From the NCBI GenBank assembly GCA_965178125.1, contig OZ237755.1, positions 620,001-684,000 of the forward strand: 64,000 nucleotides of DNA, written 5' to 3'. Each line of letters opens with the position of its first letter. Within the stretch, counting starts at the first letter, position 1. The position numbers were made by a program, and so were the translations under genes. Shown here in pieces: positions 1-11,133 of the stretch. The stretch comes from Bilabrum cf. latius (Eukaryota). The notes under the pieces are model-generated. The model did no database searches. It saw only the letters and a program-made list of their open reading frames with translations, and was not told the DNA's origin.

Positions 1-1735
1 GGACCGAACCGGCCGTGGTGGCGCGAGCGTTTACCCGGAGACGGAGCACAGTGGGGCGTCCCCTCACATCCAGCACTCCATCGCACGCACCAGGGCTGGC
101 TAGCTGCACGACGATGGTGGTCGCATTGCCGACCGCAGCGCTCGGCTGACCCTCACCGTTCCAGCGGGCGACCCCCGACGAAGCTCCCATTACGTCATCT
201 GCCGGCCCCTACATCGGCCCAGTGGACAGGCTCGCGTGCCCTTCGAAGCGCAGGGACCCGCTGAGCACGCCCATGAACGCGTGCCCAAAGTCCTCCCAGG
301 AATAGGCCAGTCCGCCCGCGTGGGTCATCTGCCCGCCCCAGTAGAACACGGTCCAGCGCGGTGGATAGCACGCCCTGTCATACCGGCCCGCAAGCTCGGC
401 CTGGCTGCACTCTGACGACCACGGAGCCACGGTCCCGCCCGTCGTCATAAACACAAAGCCAGCGTCGCGGTCGCTGCCCGTCGTGTTGAAGATCTTGCTG
501 CTGGGGTCTTTCCAGCCTGTGCCTCGCCTCAGAATGGGGGCCCTGTTGTTCCCTGGGTACACAAACGAGAGGTTTCCCGAAGCACCTGCGTCCCCACCGC
601 TTGCACTCAAGCTGCTTGCGACAAGGGTACGAGGCGCGTTGACACTGCCCTCGCGCCCCACCCTAGCAAAGAGTGCTCGCACGTCCATCACGCCGTCGTT
701 GTCCCCGGCGCGGGCATTTGGAGCCCCCGACTGCCACGGCTGCCAGTGCCACATGAAGCTTGGCTGGATCGCCAGCACGTCGGCCTACTCGTGGAGGAAG
801 GGAGCGGGGTTGTAAATGTCGAAGCACGCCTCGGGGTCCGGCGAAGAAGTGCGCAGCACGGTGAACGGTTGGGACCACCCTGCAAAAGGAGGGGCGCTAG
901 AGTTCCCGCTAGCCCTATGGGCGGTGCGCTGGAGCACTCGCTCTCCCCCGCCGAGCAGGTGCTCCGCAGAAGAAGGAGCAAGAGACGCGGAGACCTGCCG
1001 AAGCGAGGCGTATGCCTGCCCGCAGTAGCCCCCAGGCGTGCCGGCGTCAACGCGGCCGAACGCGGCCCACACTCCCATTCGCTTAAGATGGACGAGGGCC
1101 GTTTGTGTGTCTGCAAATTCCTTCGTGGTGATGATTGGCGTGGGGTTGCTCCACTGCCCAAGACCATCCGGGCTCTCCGTGATATAGAGGTGCCTGTCTG
1201 GCGTATTCTCCCACACAAATAAGAACCGACGATTCTTTGTGCTATCATCTAACCACAAGCTGCCCATGTTTTCGTTCGGACTCGTCTCAAAGACTCGGTT
1301 CGTAGGAGATCCATCCGTCCAGGGAAAATACTGCAGCCTAGGCTTTTCCCAGTGCACTAAGTCGCTGCTATTGGCTACACATACATGCTCCTTATTGAAA
1401 TAGTCCGTATCATTGAGGCACATGTAGTAAATCCGATATTCTGGGCTTTGCTCAGGGGTGAGGGGTGGGATCGCAAGGAATGCAGTGTAGAATCCAGCTT
1501 GTAGCTCCCACGGGTGCTCCGGCTGAACTGCAGCTGGAGCTCCGATATTTTTTTTAACATCATGGGGTTGGATAGCAAGCGAGCCGTTCGTTGAATCGAG
1601 CATGCTGTCATCAACAAAGGCATGGGGACGACCGAGCTCGAAAGATGCAATTGTACCCAATCTTGTCCGATCTGCTGCTGTGCAGCCCAGTGTGCCAAGT
1701 AGAATCCAAGATACCATCAAATTGACATTAGCCAT
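1..1735 (-). CDS. Secreted glycoside-hydrolase-like (beta-propeller, GH32/43-like) protein; 3' end runs off window; two in-frame TAG (Gln)
   Basis: ORFs 785..1735 and 209..778 are in one frame, separated only by TAG. The frame continues past TAG 209-211 to the window edge. Signal peptide-like N-terminus; SSDLVHWEKP and SPDGLGQW Asp-box-like motifs. Confidence 0.6.
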
Positions 1736-1901
1736 CGTGTTCGCCGCAAGACGGCGGTCTGCGCTTGCAGTTTAGTCCGCTTGGATCTGTTCCGGTCTCC
1801 ACCGCGGGTTGAGCAACTTGAAGGATCCACTCACGATGCAAAACATGAAACCAAATGCCACATACTGAAATCAAAGCATGAAACAAGCCGATCCACCCGA
1901 A

Positions 1902-2234
1902 TCACTTCCGAGGGGCTTGCGTCGCAGCCGCGGCCGCTGCTGCGGCTGCAGCCGCAGCAGCGGCCTGGGATGCCTTGCTTGCACCCCCCATCTTGCGGCC
2001 ACCACCCATCACGGCAGCCCCTCTCGACGAGGAGGAGGAGGCAGCAGCAGCAGAATGCGGCGAGGACCCATCCCCGCCCTCATGCGACGCATTCCCCCCG
2101 ATCGGAGCAGAACTCCCCGCCAGACCCCTCGACTGGGCAGCGAAGGCGCCGGGTCTTGCGATGCTCGTGGGCACAGCAGGGCCGAGCCGTCCGGTCACAC
2201 TCGCGACAGCGGCGGCAGCAGCCACCGCCGCTGC

Positions 2235-2298
<64 letters not shown>

Positions 2299-3830
2299 GA
2301 TAGCGAAGAAGTCGGAGCAAGGGACAGGCCCCTGCTCCCAAGCGAGCCGGACGAAGACGACGGCATGCTGACCCCCGATGCCTGACCACCGCCCCCAGCT
2401 CGGCCCGCCGCCGCCGCGCTCTGAGCCGCGAGCGCAGCCCGCGAGGCCGCAGCGGCCGCGCTTGATTGGCCACCCTTAGATCCAGCTCCGGCTCCGGCTC
2501 CGGATCCAGCGCTCTCCCGCTTGGGCGCCCCGGGCACGTCACCGAATTGGGGCGCCAGACCGGGCATGAGCATCTCCCTGGCCTCGGCGGCGCCCCTTGT
2601 GATGAGTGAGCGGATGAGCTCCTGGTCGAGCCCGGCGTGCTGCTTCTCGACGTGTTTCTGCAGACCCAATCTCCTCGTGAACTGCTTGCCGCACCCCTCC
2701 GCGTGGCAGGTGAACCGCCTGAACTTCTCGTGCACGGATCGCTTGTGCTGCGCCAGGTTGCTCGAGTTCGAGAAGGTTCGCTGGCACAGCTCGCACTGGT
2801 AGGGCCGGATGCCCTCGTGCATGACCTGCCGGTGCTGCAGCATCTTCTGCCTCTGGAAGAAGCCCCTCCCGCACACGTCGCACTTGTGGTTGCGCTCCCT
2901 CTCGTGGACGGCCTTGACGTGGGCCTGCAGCGACTGCCTGTAGCCGAACTTCCTGCCGCACGTGGGACACATGTGATCGCGTCTCATCTGGTGCATGGCC
3001 AGCATGTGCCTCCGGAGGGTCTCCGCCGAGCAGTACTCCTTGCCGCACTCGTCACACTTCTTGGTCTGCTTCTTGCAGTGCACCACCTCTACGTGCCTGA
3101 TCATGGTGCTCTTTCGCGTGAACTGGAGGAGGCAATGCGGGCACTTGTTGTCTTCAGAGGACCTGGCGCGCTGCATGAGAGCTTCTTTCTGCTCGGGCGT
3201 CGTGGGGTTGGGGGGGCCCTGCTTTGCGTGGGCCGTCACTCGGCGGGCGCGCGCAGCCGCTTTGCTCAACGACGCCTCGCCTACCTGCGGAGCAGAGGCA
3301 CTCCCCGAGGACATTGCCCCAGACGCTCCCGTAGATGATGCTGGATCTTTCAGTTGCATTCCTGGGATCTAGATACTAGCTGCACCCGTGCCGCCCCGTC
3401 TGTGAGCGGCGGCTGCAGCGGCCGCTGCGGCTGCGGCAGCCGCGGCCGCAGCCGCTGGCGCAGTAGGACCACCCGATACTTTTGCGTCCCCGCCTGCTTT
3501 TGGGACAGACACATTCGATTGCCTAGGTCCTGTATGCCCGGCTCCCACGGCCGTTCCTTTGCCGCGAGCCGAATGTGCTGGTCCTGCTGGTGCATCGGCT
3601 TGCGGCAGCGACGCACTGCCTTGCGGTGGTTGCATTCGAACAGCCCCGGGCTAGCTGCCAGTTTCAGTCCGTCGTCGCCGAAATCCATTTTCTGCTGCCG
3701 ACACGAGAGTGTCTAGGCCAGCAGAGCCAACAACTTGGTTCCCGGAGGTGTCGGCGTCGTCGGTTCCGAACGCTGCAGGCCTTTGGTATCGCTTTCGCTT
3801 CCCCGGCCCGGTCTAACTTGGTTGATCCAT
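1902..3830 (-). CDS. C2H2 zinc-finger protein (six fingers) with poly-Ala/Ser tracts
   Basis: Tandem CxxC...HxxxxH fingers in ORF 1902..3359. The frame extends upstream through TAGs (3369-71, 3651-53, 3813-15) to ATG 3830; ends at TGA. Start is inferred. Confidence 0.85.
2236..2299. repeat. (GACGAG)n microsatellite encoding poly-Ser in the zinc-finger gene
   Basis: About 10 tandem copies visible. Confidence 0.9.
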
Positions 3831-4375
3831 TCTGATATGATATCAACCTTGTCTTAGGACGAGAGTTCTGATGTTGTGCCGCCGTAGTGGACTACACCCT
3901 CAAACGGCTGAAGAAAAACCGATATAGGCTCGAACTACAAAACATATCGCAACAAATGATTGGAGCGCGGCCGTTCGTCGGCACAGACGGACCAGCGCAA
4001 GCAAGATGCAAGCGGCTAAGCCAAGAAAGAAGAAGACGCATGTGTGTACGCGCAATCTAGTCTCTTACTCAATCAGACTTGACTAGACCTGACAGAGCTG
4101 TGCGCGAGCGCGACCACTAGCCCATGCTGGGAAGAGCACGTGCGCAGCTCCGCCGAGGGAGAGGAAAGGGTTGTGAGGGTGGGCAGCGAAAGCACCCAGT
4201 CTCTACCCCTCTCCTGCATACAGCGAGGATACGCGCGTCAATGTAAAGCAAACAATTGGAGGCATTGGTAAAGGCGACCGACCACGCCAGGACCCAGCAT
4301 TCCTGCCGGCCCCCTAGGCTTGGCATCAACACTGACTAGCGTAAAGCGGTACGGTGAACTCAGTACCAGCTGCGA

Positions 4376-5987
4376 TCAGTCGAACCCAGGGCGGCCGCCG
4401 CCCTCCATATTTTGGTACAGGGCCTCAGACTTGTCGCTTGCCAGCTGATCTTGCAGCGGCGCGGTCACCCCTAGGTCATCGTCGTCCTGACGCCTGCTCC
4501 TGTTGTAGAAGAACGCCGCCCCTGCGATCGCGACAACCACGAGACAACCGGCAGCGATACCGGCTATCTCTCCCGTACTCAAAGGCGAACCACCAGGGTG
4601 ATTGGAGGGTCCCGGTCCAGGCGATGAGGGGCATTTCAGCTTCGAGCCAGGCACCTCGAAGCATTTCTGGTTCTCCAGCACATCGACGCTCGAGTTCAAA
4701 ATGCTCCAAACCTTGGGTCCGAACGAGTAGCTTTGGGTAAATGGGGCCCAAAGAGGAGCTGCATAGTGGATCCAGCTCCTCTGCGATGTGCGCATCGAAT
4801 ACCAAGACGCTTGCATGCGCCCTACCATGACAGCGACATCCAGCAGCTCGGAATAGCATCGAGTCGAGTAGCAGTCGCTCTGCAATGGCATCGGTGGCGC
4901 CAGGGAGAGCTAGATCAAGTCTTCCGTAGGTTGGAGCGGGCACTCCTTGCCTTGCACCTTGACGAGACACTACGAAGCTTGTTGCACCTGCTGCGTGTAC
5001 TCCGCGATTGAGTATGGCGCGTACCTTGACACAAGAATCCCAGCATGGCTGCTTGAAGCGGAACACACGCATGCCTTGCCGTGCAAGATTGCATCGGTGA
5101 CTTCCTGGGCGTCAAATGGGTCGCACACCCCGGCTCCGGTGCCCGCGTCACCGGGCGGGTAATTAGCGCACACAGAGTACCATTTCGTTGAGTTCGAGTC
5201 CTACTAGCAACTGGTGTACCCCGTCTCACACATCGGGTCAGCGTCAAAGGCGTCATCCAAGCACTCTACGATCGTGTTGACTTCCACGGTGCGCTGAGTC
5301 CCAACAGGCAGCGAGCCGAGTGGCCTGCAGTGTCCTGTTTGCTCGGTCGCAGGATAGCTCATCACGCAGGTGGTGCCAGCTGCACACGCGTAAGCAACAT
5401 TCTCCCCGTCGGCCATGGGGCACACAGATCCCGCAGTCAACCGTTTCTTGCAGGTGCCCTTGTAAGCTGGTCTGCTGCCGTTCGAGGGGGCTCCGTCGCA
5501 GTACAGACCGTCGGCGCAGACTTGACTGAGAGGGAGATCCGCATCACCTGCGCATGCCTCTCCCAGTGAAGCGCGCTGGGCCGTGCACGTCTTTGTGCCT
5601 TGATCACATGTAAGGCCTGTCTAATTCGGGAAATGCATGCAGTCGCTGTCCTCCAGACAGCCTGACCCAAGCACCGTCGCGACGCCATATACATGACCTA
5701 CAAACGGCTTGGAGCACCTGTAGCGCAAGGAGCCCGGGCTGGCGCGTACTGGAAGACCCCCGCTTACTATGCAGTCGATGAGAGGCTAGAACTGATCTGC
5801 AGCATACGGGTCTGCGGCGATGGCCCGTCCAGCGTCGTCAAGAATGACAGCAAGGCTGCGGCTATGGGAATCCAGGTCAAGACGCCGCGCAGGTTGCTGA
5901 CTAGCAGCCCCTCCAGATCCAGTGTCAAACATATCGTCGTCCCAGTCCTGCTGGTCATCGCCAATGTGTGCACTTTCTGCAATGTTT
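4376..5987 (-). CDS. 3' exon of a Cys-rich type I membrane protein (C-terminal TM helix, YQNM tail)
   Basis: ORFs 5786..6001, 5204..5440, 4970..5173 and 4376..4891 share one frame and are separated only by TAG. TM segment IAGIAAGCLVVVAIAGAAFFY; CAG acceptor at 5990-5988. Confidence 0.7.
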
Positions 5988-6119
5988 CTGCGAGGCAGCA
6001 ATGGCTCAGCGTGTAAGAATTGGCAAACAGCTCAAACGCCAAGTTTTCCCGGTTGCATGGGAGATTCTCTTCACGTTTAAAAATAAAAAGGCGACGGCAA
6101 AGCATTTTTTCTGGCTAGC

Positions 6120-6187
6120 TGACGTCGGCCGAAAACAAAACAGGAATATACTTAAGTATATTCCTGTTTTGTTTTCGGCCGACGTCA
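6120..6187. repeat. Perfect 68-bp terminal palindrome
   Basis: TGACGTCGGCCGAAAACAAAACAGGAATATACTT|AAGTATATTCCTGTTTTGTTTTCGGCCGACGTCA; also at 29567-29634. Confidence 0.95.
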
Positions 6188-7120
6188 CGCATGCTTCACT
6201 TTTTTAATTTGTTCATATATTCACTTTTATTATTTTTATTTATTTATAAAATTTTAATTTATGTTTTTTTTTATTTGTGTAAAATAATAGAATATTTTAT
6301 TATTGATCGCATGGTATACTTTTTTAATTTTTAAAAAATTTCGCCAACTCATGAAAAAATGATTTTTCATTTTTTTATGATTTTCTCTAAGAAATGGATT
6401 CAAGAATTATTAATATGAAATTTAGATCTTTCGTGTTCTTTCTTTCTATTTTTTTTATATTTCTATTTTTTTGTGCATTAAATATTATTTAAAAATTGTA
6501 AAATTGATGTATTATATTAAATATTTATAATTCGTTGTGTGCATTACTTTTTTATTTTTTATGAAATTTTCGCGGAATAAGAATAAATCAATTTATTGAT
6601 TTTTATCAAAATTTATTTTTATTCGTCAGAATGAAAATTATTAAATTCGAAGAATTTAATTTATTTATTGTTCTATTGAATTTTATTTTTTATAGTTTTT
6701 TTTTACTGTTCAATTTATTGTTTCGCAAACTAAAGTTTGCTATTATTTCGGTTCTTTTGCATTTTATTTTATTATGGGCATTTTTAAGGGACTATTCATT
6801 TAAATATTTTATTGCTCTTTTTAGGGCTCTATAATTTGATTTCATGCATTGGAAAGCTCACTTCGTTCGCTATTAAGGCGATTAATTCAAGCTTTCCATT
6901 TATTCGCTATCGAGATATCCATTTAAATAATTATTAATTCGTACTTTTGCACTCTTTTGATTCGAAGAATCAAAAGGTGCAAAAATACGAATTTAGAATT
7001 ATTCTTTATAGGTAAATAGTAAATTCGTATTTTTACCACTTTTTTAAATCGTAGAATGAAGCACTTTTTATAGAAAGTAATATAGATAAGCAAAATAGAA
7101 TAAATTAATTAAAGGTGATG
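6120..7120. repeat. Left terminal inverted repeat (1001 bp)
   Basis: Reverse complement of 28634-29634. Both ends give the same coordinate sum (35754), so there is no net indel. Confidence 0.95.
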
Positions 7121-7735
7121 CTTAATTTTAAATTGGAGCTGTAATTTTGCATTTAACTCTTCGAATGTGTCATAAACATATATTTGAGAGGGTTGCAGTT
7201 CGGATATTAAATTTGTTCTTTCTCTTCTCATTACTTCTTGTACTTCATTTGTTGCTTCATATACAAGATCCTTAAATAATTTATTTGATGGTGAGGCAAC
7301 GAAAATACTAGTTTTTTTAAATAATTCTTGGGCTAGTTCTAATGATCCAGTCAAACACAACATTCTTTTTTCTTTTTTTGTTAACCATGATTTTTTTAAT
7401 GATTCGTATACTTTCTTTGCCAGTTCTTGATATAATACCCTATATGTTGAGTCATCGCCTGACTCCCTAGCTTTTTCTAATCCTTCTAAAAAAGATTTGT
7501 CCGTATCTGGATGCTTTGATACCAATTCGTCAAGGTCTACGACTAAAAGATTCGTGTCATTTCCTTCAAATTTCTTACACAATGTAGTCTTTCCGCATCC
7601 CTTGGGAATTACAAGACATGCCTTCTTAATGTCAAATGCTTTTTTTACCTTGCCCATGCAGGACACCCCATAATAGCCTAATGCTACTAGAGCCGAAGCT
7701 CCGCTTACTGATGAAATAGCTATTTCTAAAGCCAT
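7109..7735 (-). CDS. P-loop NTPase/kinase-like protein with N-terminal hydrophobic anchor
   Basis: Walker A PKGCGKTT followed by LLVVDLD; TCTA motif 14 nt upstream. Confidence 0.6.
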   Translation of the reverse strand: MALEIAISSVSGASALVALGYYGVSCMGKVKKAFDIKKACLVIPKGCGKTTLCKKFEGNDTNLLVVDLDELVSKHPDTDKSFLEGLEKARESGDDSTYRVLYQELAKKVYESLKKSWLTKKEKRMLCLTGSLELAQELFKKTSIFVASPSNKLFKDLVYEATNEVQEVMRRERTNLISELQPSQIYVYDTFEELNAKLQLQFKIKHHL

Positions 7736-7781
7736 TATATATATAACATTAGATATTTTTTTTTATTATCTTAACTTATAT

Positions 7782-8495
7782 ATGCCAAAAAATAAATTGA
7801 CAAAAAAAGAAATTATACAAATTTTAAAAAAACGAGTAAAGGGCGGGAATGTCTGGGAATTTATTAAAGATGTACCGGTGGGAACTTATAGATTTTTAAC
7901 AAGAAGAAATAAGAAACTACAGCAATTAAGTAAGGAAGCTAAATTACACGCTAAAATTGCACGTCAAACATACCCAAAGACTAAACAAAGGGATATAATA
8001 GACGGTTATCGTGTAATCTTTAAAGATGATAGAAGAAAAATTTATATTAAAAATAAAAATATCATTATTGGAGTTAGGGGTACAGTTGACGGATCGGACG
8101 TTATGGATGATTTAAAGATAGCACAAGGCACACTAGATAAAAGTGAAAACTTTAAAGATCTAGTTGATATTTATGAAGCTGTCAAACAAGCTTTTCCAGA
8201 TCATAATATTTCTTTTGCTTCTCACTCACTGGGTTCTGGGATGGTTGCATATCTTACTAAAAAATACGGTAAAGAAATTAAAGGACATTCATTTAATCCA
8301 GCTTTAAATTTTGAAATGATAAGAGACCCTAAATTTAACATTGGTAATATTAAATATCATGTTGTAGATGGCGACCCTGTAAGTCATAATTTAGCCCAAT
8401 TTATGAATCCTGATCAAGTGACATTTTATACCAGCCCTCATAAAAAGAATAATTATTTTAATGTACATGCTTTAAAGAACTTTACGGATTTATAA
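7782..8495 (+). CDS. Alpha/beta hydrolase (class 3 lipase-like)
   Basis: GVRGT, SHSLG nucleophile elbow, FNP, DPVS and a C-terminal His. Confidence 0.85.
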   Translation: MPKNKLTKKEIIQILKKRVKGGNVWEFIKDVPVGTYRFLTRRNKKLQQLSKEAKLHAKIARQTYPKTKQRDIIDGYRVIFKDDRRKIYIKNKNIIIGVRGTVDGSDVMDDLKIAQGTLDKSENFKDLVDIYEAVKQAFPDHNISFASHSLGSGMVAYLTKKYGKEIKGHSFNPALNFEMIRDPKFNIGNIKYHVVDGDPVSHNLAQFMNPDQVTFYTSPHKKNNYFNVHALKNFTDL

Positions 8496-9110
8496 ATGAG
8501 TGGTTATATAAATTTCTTCTTGCATTCTTCTAAATTCTATTTCAACTTTCATAAAGTCCGTTATCTCTTTTTTATTCAGTTGCCATAAATATAACTTTTC
8601 TAGATGTTTATTAGATTTCTCATTTAAATGGTCAATAACCTCATCAAGGGGTTTTCCCCATAGATATTCATCGATATCGTCTTCAAGTCTCATTATAAAA
8701 TCCATATTTACATATTCTTGAATATAATCAATTAATGGTTTTCTAAAACTTGTAAACTTTCGATTTACGAGTATTGGTTCATTTTTGAATATTTTTTTAT
8801 AATCTAGTGGCATTTGACATCTTAATTTCCTTTTTTCATTTTTGGTTAGTTTATTATATTTTTCATATATGATTGATAATAATTCGGTTCTCTCTTTCTT
8901 GATACGATTTATTGTGTTATGTAAATTTAATAAGTCTTTTTTAATAATTCCATTTTTAAAGAATTCAGGAGGATAACGTTCCATTAAAAACTTACGAAGT
9001 CTTAATAGTGGGGTAATTTTTGAACCTATATAACATTCTACAAATATTTGATCCTGTTGTCTATCTTTTGTGTTTTTATCGAGGAGATCACTCAACATTG
9101 ACATATACAT
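8490..9110 (-). CDS. Hypothetical virophage protein
   Basis: 206-aa ORF in AT-rich DNA, packed between viral genes. Confidence 0.7.
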   Translation of the reverse strand: MYMSMLSDLLDKNTKDRQQDQIFVECYIGSKITPLLRLRKFLMERYPPEFFKNGIIKKDLLNLHNTINRIKKERTELLSIIYEKYNKLTKNEKRKLRCQMPLDYKKIFKNEPILVNRKFTSFRKPLIDYIQEYVNMDFIMRLEDDIDEYLWGKPLDEVIDHLNEKSNKHLEKLYLWQLNKKEITDFMKVEIEFRRMQEEIYITTHL

Positions 9111-9140
9111 TTCAATAAGATTTTTCTTAAAGTTTGTTTC

Positions 9141-9452
9141 TCATAAATTATAAGTCTTTCTATAATTATCTATTGCATCCTTTAAATTGTCCTTTGACCA
9201 TAATATTCTCCAGCTTAACACAGGAGCAGACCAAGGGACATAATCAGCTTTTTCTATATAGTATTTATGTCTTTTTAGCCAGTTGACTTTTTTTTTATTA
9301 TCTTGATGGTCTATGTATGTTTTTCCATTTCTAGCCCCAAAATGCACAATATATTGTTTTGGTTCATAACCTTTTTTAGTTAATTTAAATATTGCCATTA
9401 ATCTTTTATTCTTTCTTGTAGATGGTTTAATATTTAATAATTTAATATCCAT
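9141..9452 (-). CDS. Small basic protein resembling a giant-virus conserved family (DUF5754-like)
   Basis: STRKNKR...VHFGA...YIDH.D..KK..WLKRH...LSWRILW pattern, recognised from memory. Confidence 0.6.
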   Translation of the reverse strand: MDIKLLNIKPSTRKNKRLMAIFKLTKKGYEPKQYIVHFGARNGKTYIDHQDNKKKVNWLKRHKYYIEKADYVPWSAPVLSWRILWSKDNLKDAIDNYRKTYNL

Positions 9453-9462
9453 ATGAATATAT

Positions 9463-9738
9463 ATGAACCATAGAAAATGTTTAGACGGAAAAATTCAAAG
9501 AGCACGAAGACTAATATTAAAATTACAAAATATACATAACGAATTAAATGATCTAAGTGATTTCATACGTGGTGATTTAAAATTTATGTATCTACCTTCT
9601 GATTCCATGGGACATCATAACCGATTCCAAGATAATCTAAGATATGCAAGGGTCAATTTAGAAAAAAGACTAAATAATCTTGAAACAGAATATAAAGAAA
9701 AATATGGAGTTATTCCAGTTTATAAAACTGATGTTTGA
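9463..9738 (+). CDS. Hypothetical virophage protein
   Basis: 91-aa ORF filling the gap between neighbouring viral genes. Confidence 0.5.
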   Translation: MNHRKCLDGKIQRARRLILKLQNIHNELNDLSDFIRGDLKFMYLPSDSMGHHNRFQDNLRYARVNLEKRLNNLETEYKEKYGVIPVYKTDV

Positions 9739-9800
9739 ATTGATCCAAATAGTTTTAATCTATTCTTAAATAAAAATAGAATAAAATTAATGTAATTTAT

Positions 9801-10469
9801 TTAATATCCCTTCTCCTTTAGGAATTTTGATGCTTCGCCTAGTTTCATTCCAGTCTTTTTCATAATCTTTTTTATCATAGCTCCACGTTCTTTCATCTTT
9901 TGTGATACCTTACGTTTCTTACCTCCTGTAGCTTTTTTGCCCATACCTTTCGTGGCTTTCTTTAATGCAAAATTACTAACTTGTCTAACACCTGGAGGTA
10001 AAAAGGAAGTACCAACATCAATTAAAGCGTTTTTACTTGCCTTTTTAGCATTGTATTTTCTGTGATGTTGTAATGCATCTAAGCCTTCCGTAGCATAAGC
10101 TCCTACGTATGGTATCTGACTCGTTGCTACTTTACCCAAAGAATAAAGAACATCATCAGTATCCATATTTTTAAGATCTCTTACGCCCCTTTTTACTGCA
10201 TCGCCAACTTTAGAAACTCCACGTTTTACGGTATTACCAACTCTGGAAAGACCCCTACGCAAGTTTTTCCAAAATGAGCCACCTTTTACTCTTGCATTCT
10301 CTTCGCATTCATAACATAATTTATCAGCTTGAGATTTACCCATTCCGAAAAGTTCCATTACAGCTTGTACATGTTCTTTATGTTCATTGGTTTGTTTTCC
10401 CTTAGAGTTTTTACGTTTAGGTTTTCCAGAACCTATAAGGTCCAAATATTCGTTAACTGTATATTTCAT
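9801..10469 (-). CDS. Basic putative virion core/membrane-lytic protein with diglycine sites
   Basis: Lys-rich; VKGG-SFWKNLRRGLSRVGNTVKRG amphipathic helix; TCTA motif 13 nt upstream. Confidence 0.55.
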   Translation of the reverse strand: MKYTVNEYLDLIGSGKPKRKNSKGKQTNEHKEHVQAVMELFGMGKSQADKLCYECEENARVKGGSFWKNLRRGLSRVGNTVKRGVSKVGDAVKRGVRDLKNMDTDDVLYSLGKVATSQIPYVGAYATEGLDALQHHRKYNAKKASKNALIDVGTSFLPPGVRQVSNFALKKATKGMGKKATGGKKRKVSQKMKERGAMIKKIMKKTGMKLGEASKFLKEKGY

Positions 10470-10529
10470 AATAAATTAATATTAGAAAAAAAATATTAAT
10501 TTATTGTTCTATCTATAACTAATATTTAA

Positions 10530-11102
10530 TTACAAACTATAGAAACGTTCTAAAGTGCAATAACATATTCTAGTTGGATTATTTGAGCTATAATCAATAT
10601 CAATTGAATTCTCACCAGCAAACATTAAACGTATTGCTTTATATCCATGATTTGAATCTAATGAATGTACTAATTGTATTGTTTGGGTAGATTCAGGATT
10701 TATAATATGCCACATCACGGGACAATTAGAAGGGTTAATATCCCATGTATCATCTGAGGCATTCTGAAATTGAAAGGCAATACCTGCAGATCTGACAGCT
10801 GAAGTATTCGTATTAATAAATGACATATTACATTTAATGATACAATTATAAGTGTTGTCTATTGGCATATTGTACGTTCCACCCATGATAGATAATGCCG
10901 TATCTGCAACGGTAAAAGTTGATCCATCGAAAATATTTCCTGGAGCATTTAAAGTTATAGGAGTAGTTCCATTCCCTCTATTTTGGACAAAGTGATATCC
11001 ATTAAATGTCAAATCTTGACCTTTCTTTTTAACATTTATTGCATCAATAGAATTAGCTTTTAAGTCTAGGTTATTTGAAGTTAATAAATTGCTTATACTC
11101 AT
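10530..11102 (-). CDS. Short fibre/receptor-binding-like protein
   Basis: Shares N-terminus MSISNLLxxNNLDLxA with the adjacent 682-aa protein; beta-rich composition. Confidence 0.55.
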   Translation of the reverse strand: MSISNLLTSNNLDLKANSIDAINVKKKGQDLTFNGYHFVQNRGNGTTPITLNAPGNIFDGSTFTVADTALSIMGGTYNMPIDNTYNCIIKCNMSFINTNTSAVRSAGIAFQFQNASDDTWDINPSNCPVMWHIINPESTQTIQLVHSLDSNHGYKAIRLMFAGENSIDIDYSSNNPTRICYCTLERFYSL

Positions 11103-11133
11103 AATACTATATTATTAGAAAAAAAATTTATAT

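Noticed and set aside
6631-6834. 67-aa hydrophobic ORF in the TIR (mirror at 28920..29123)
   Set aside because: F/L/I-rich translation expected from T-rich non-coding DNA; no motif.
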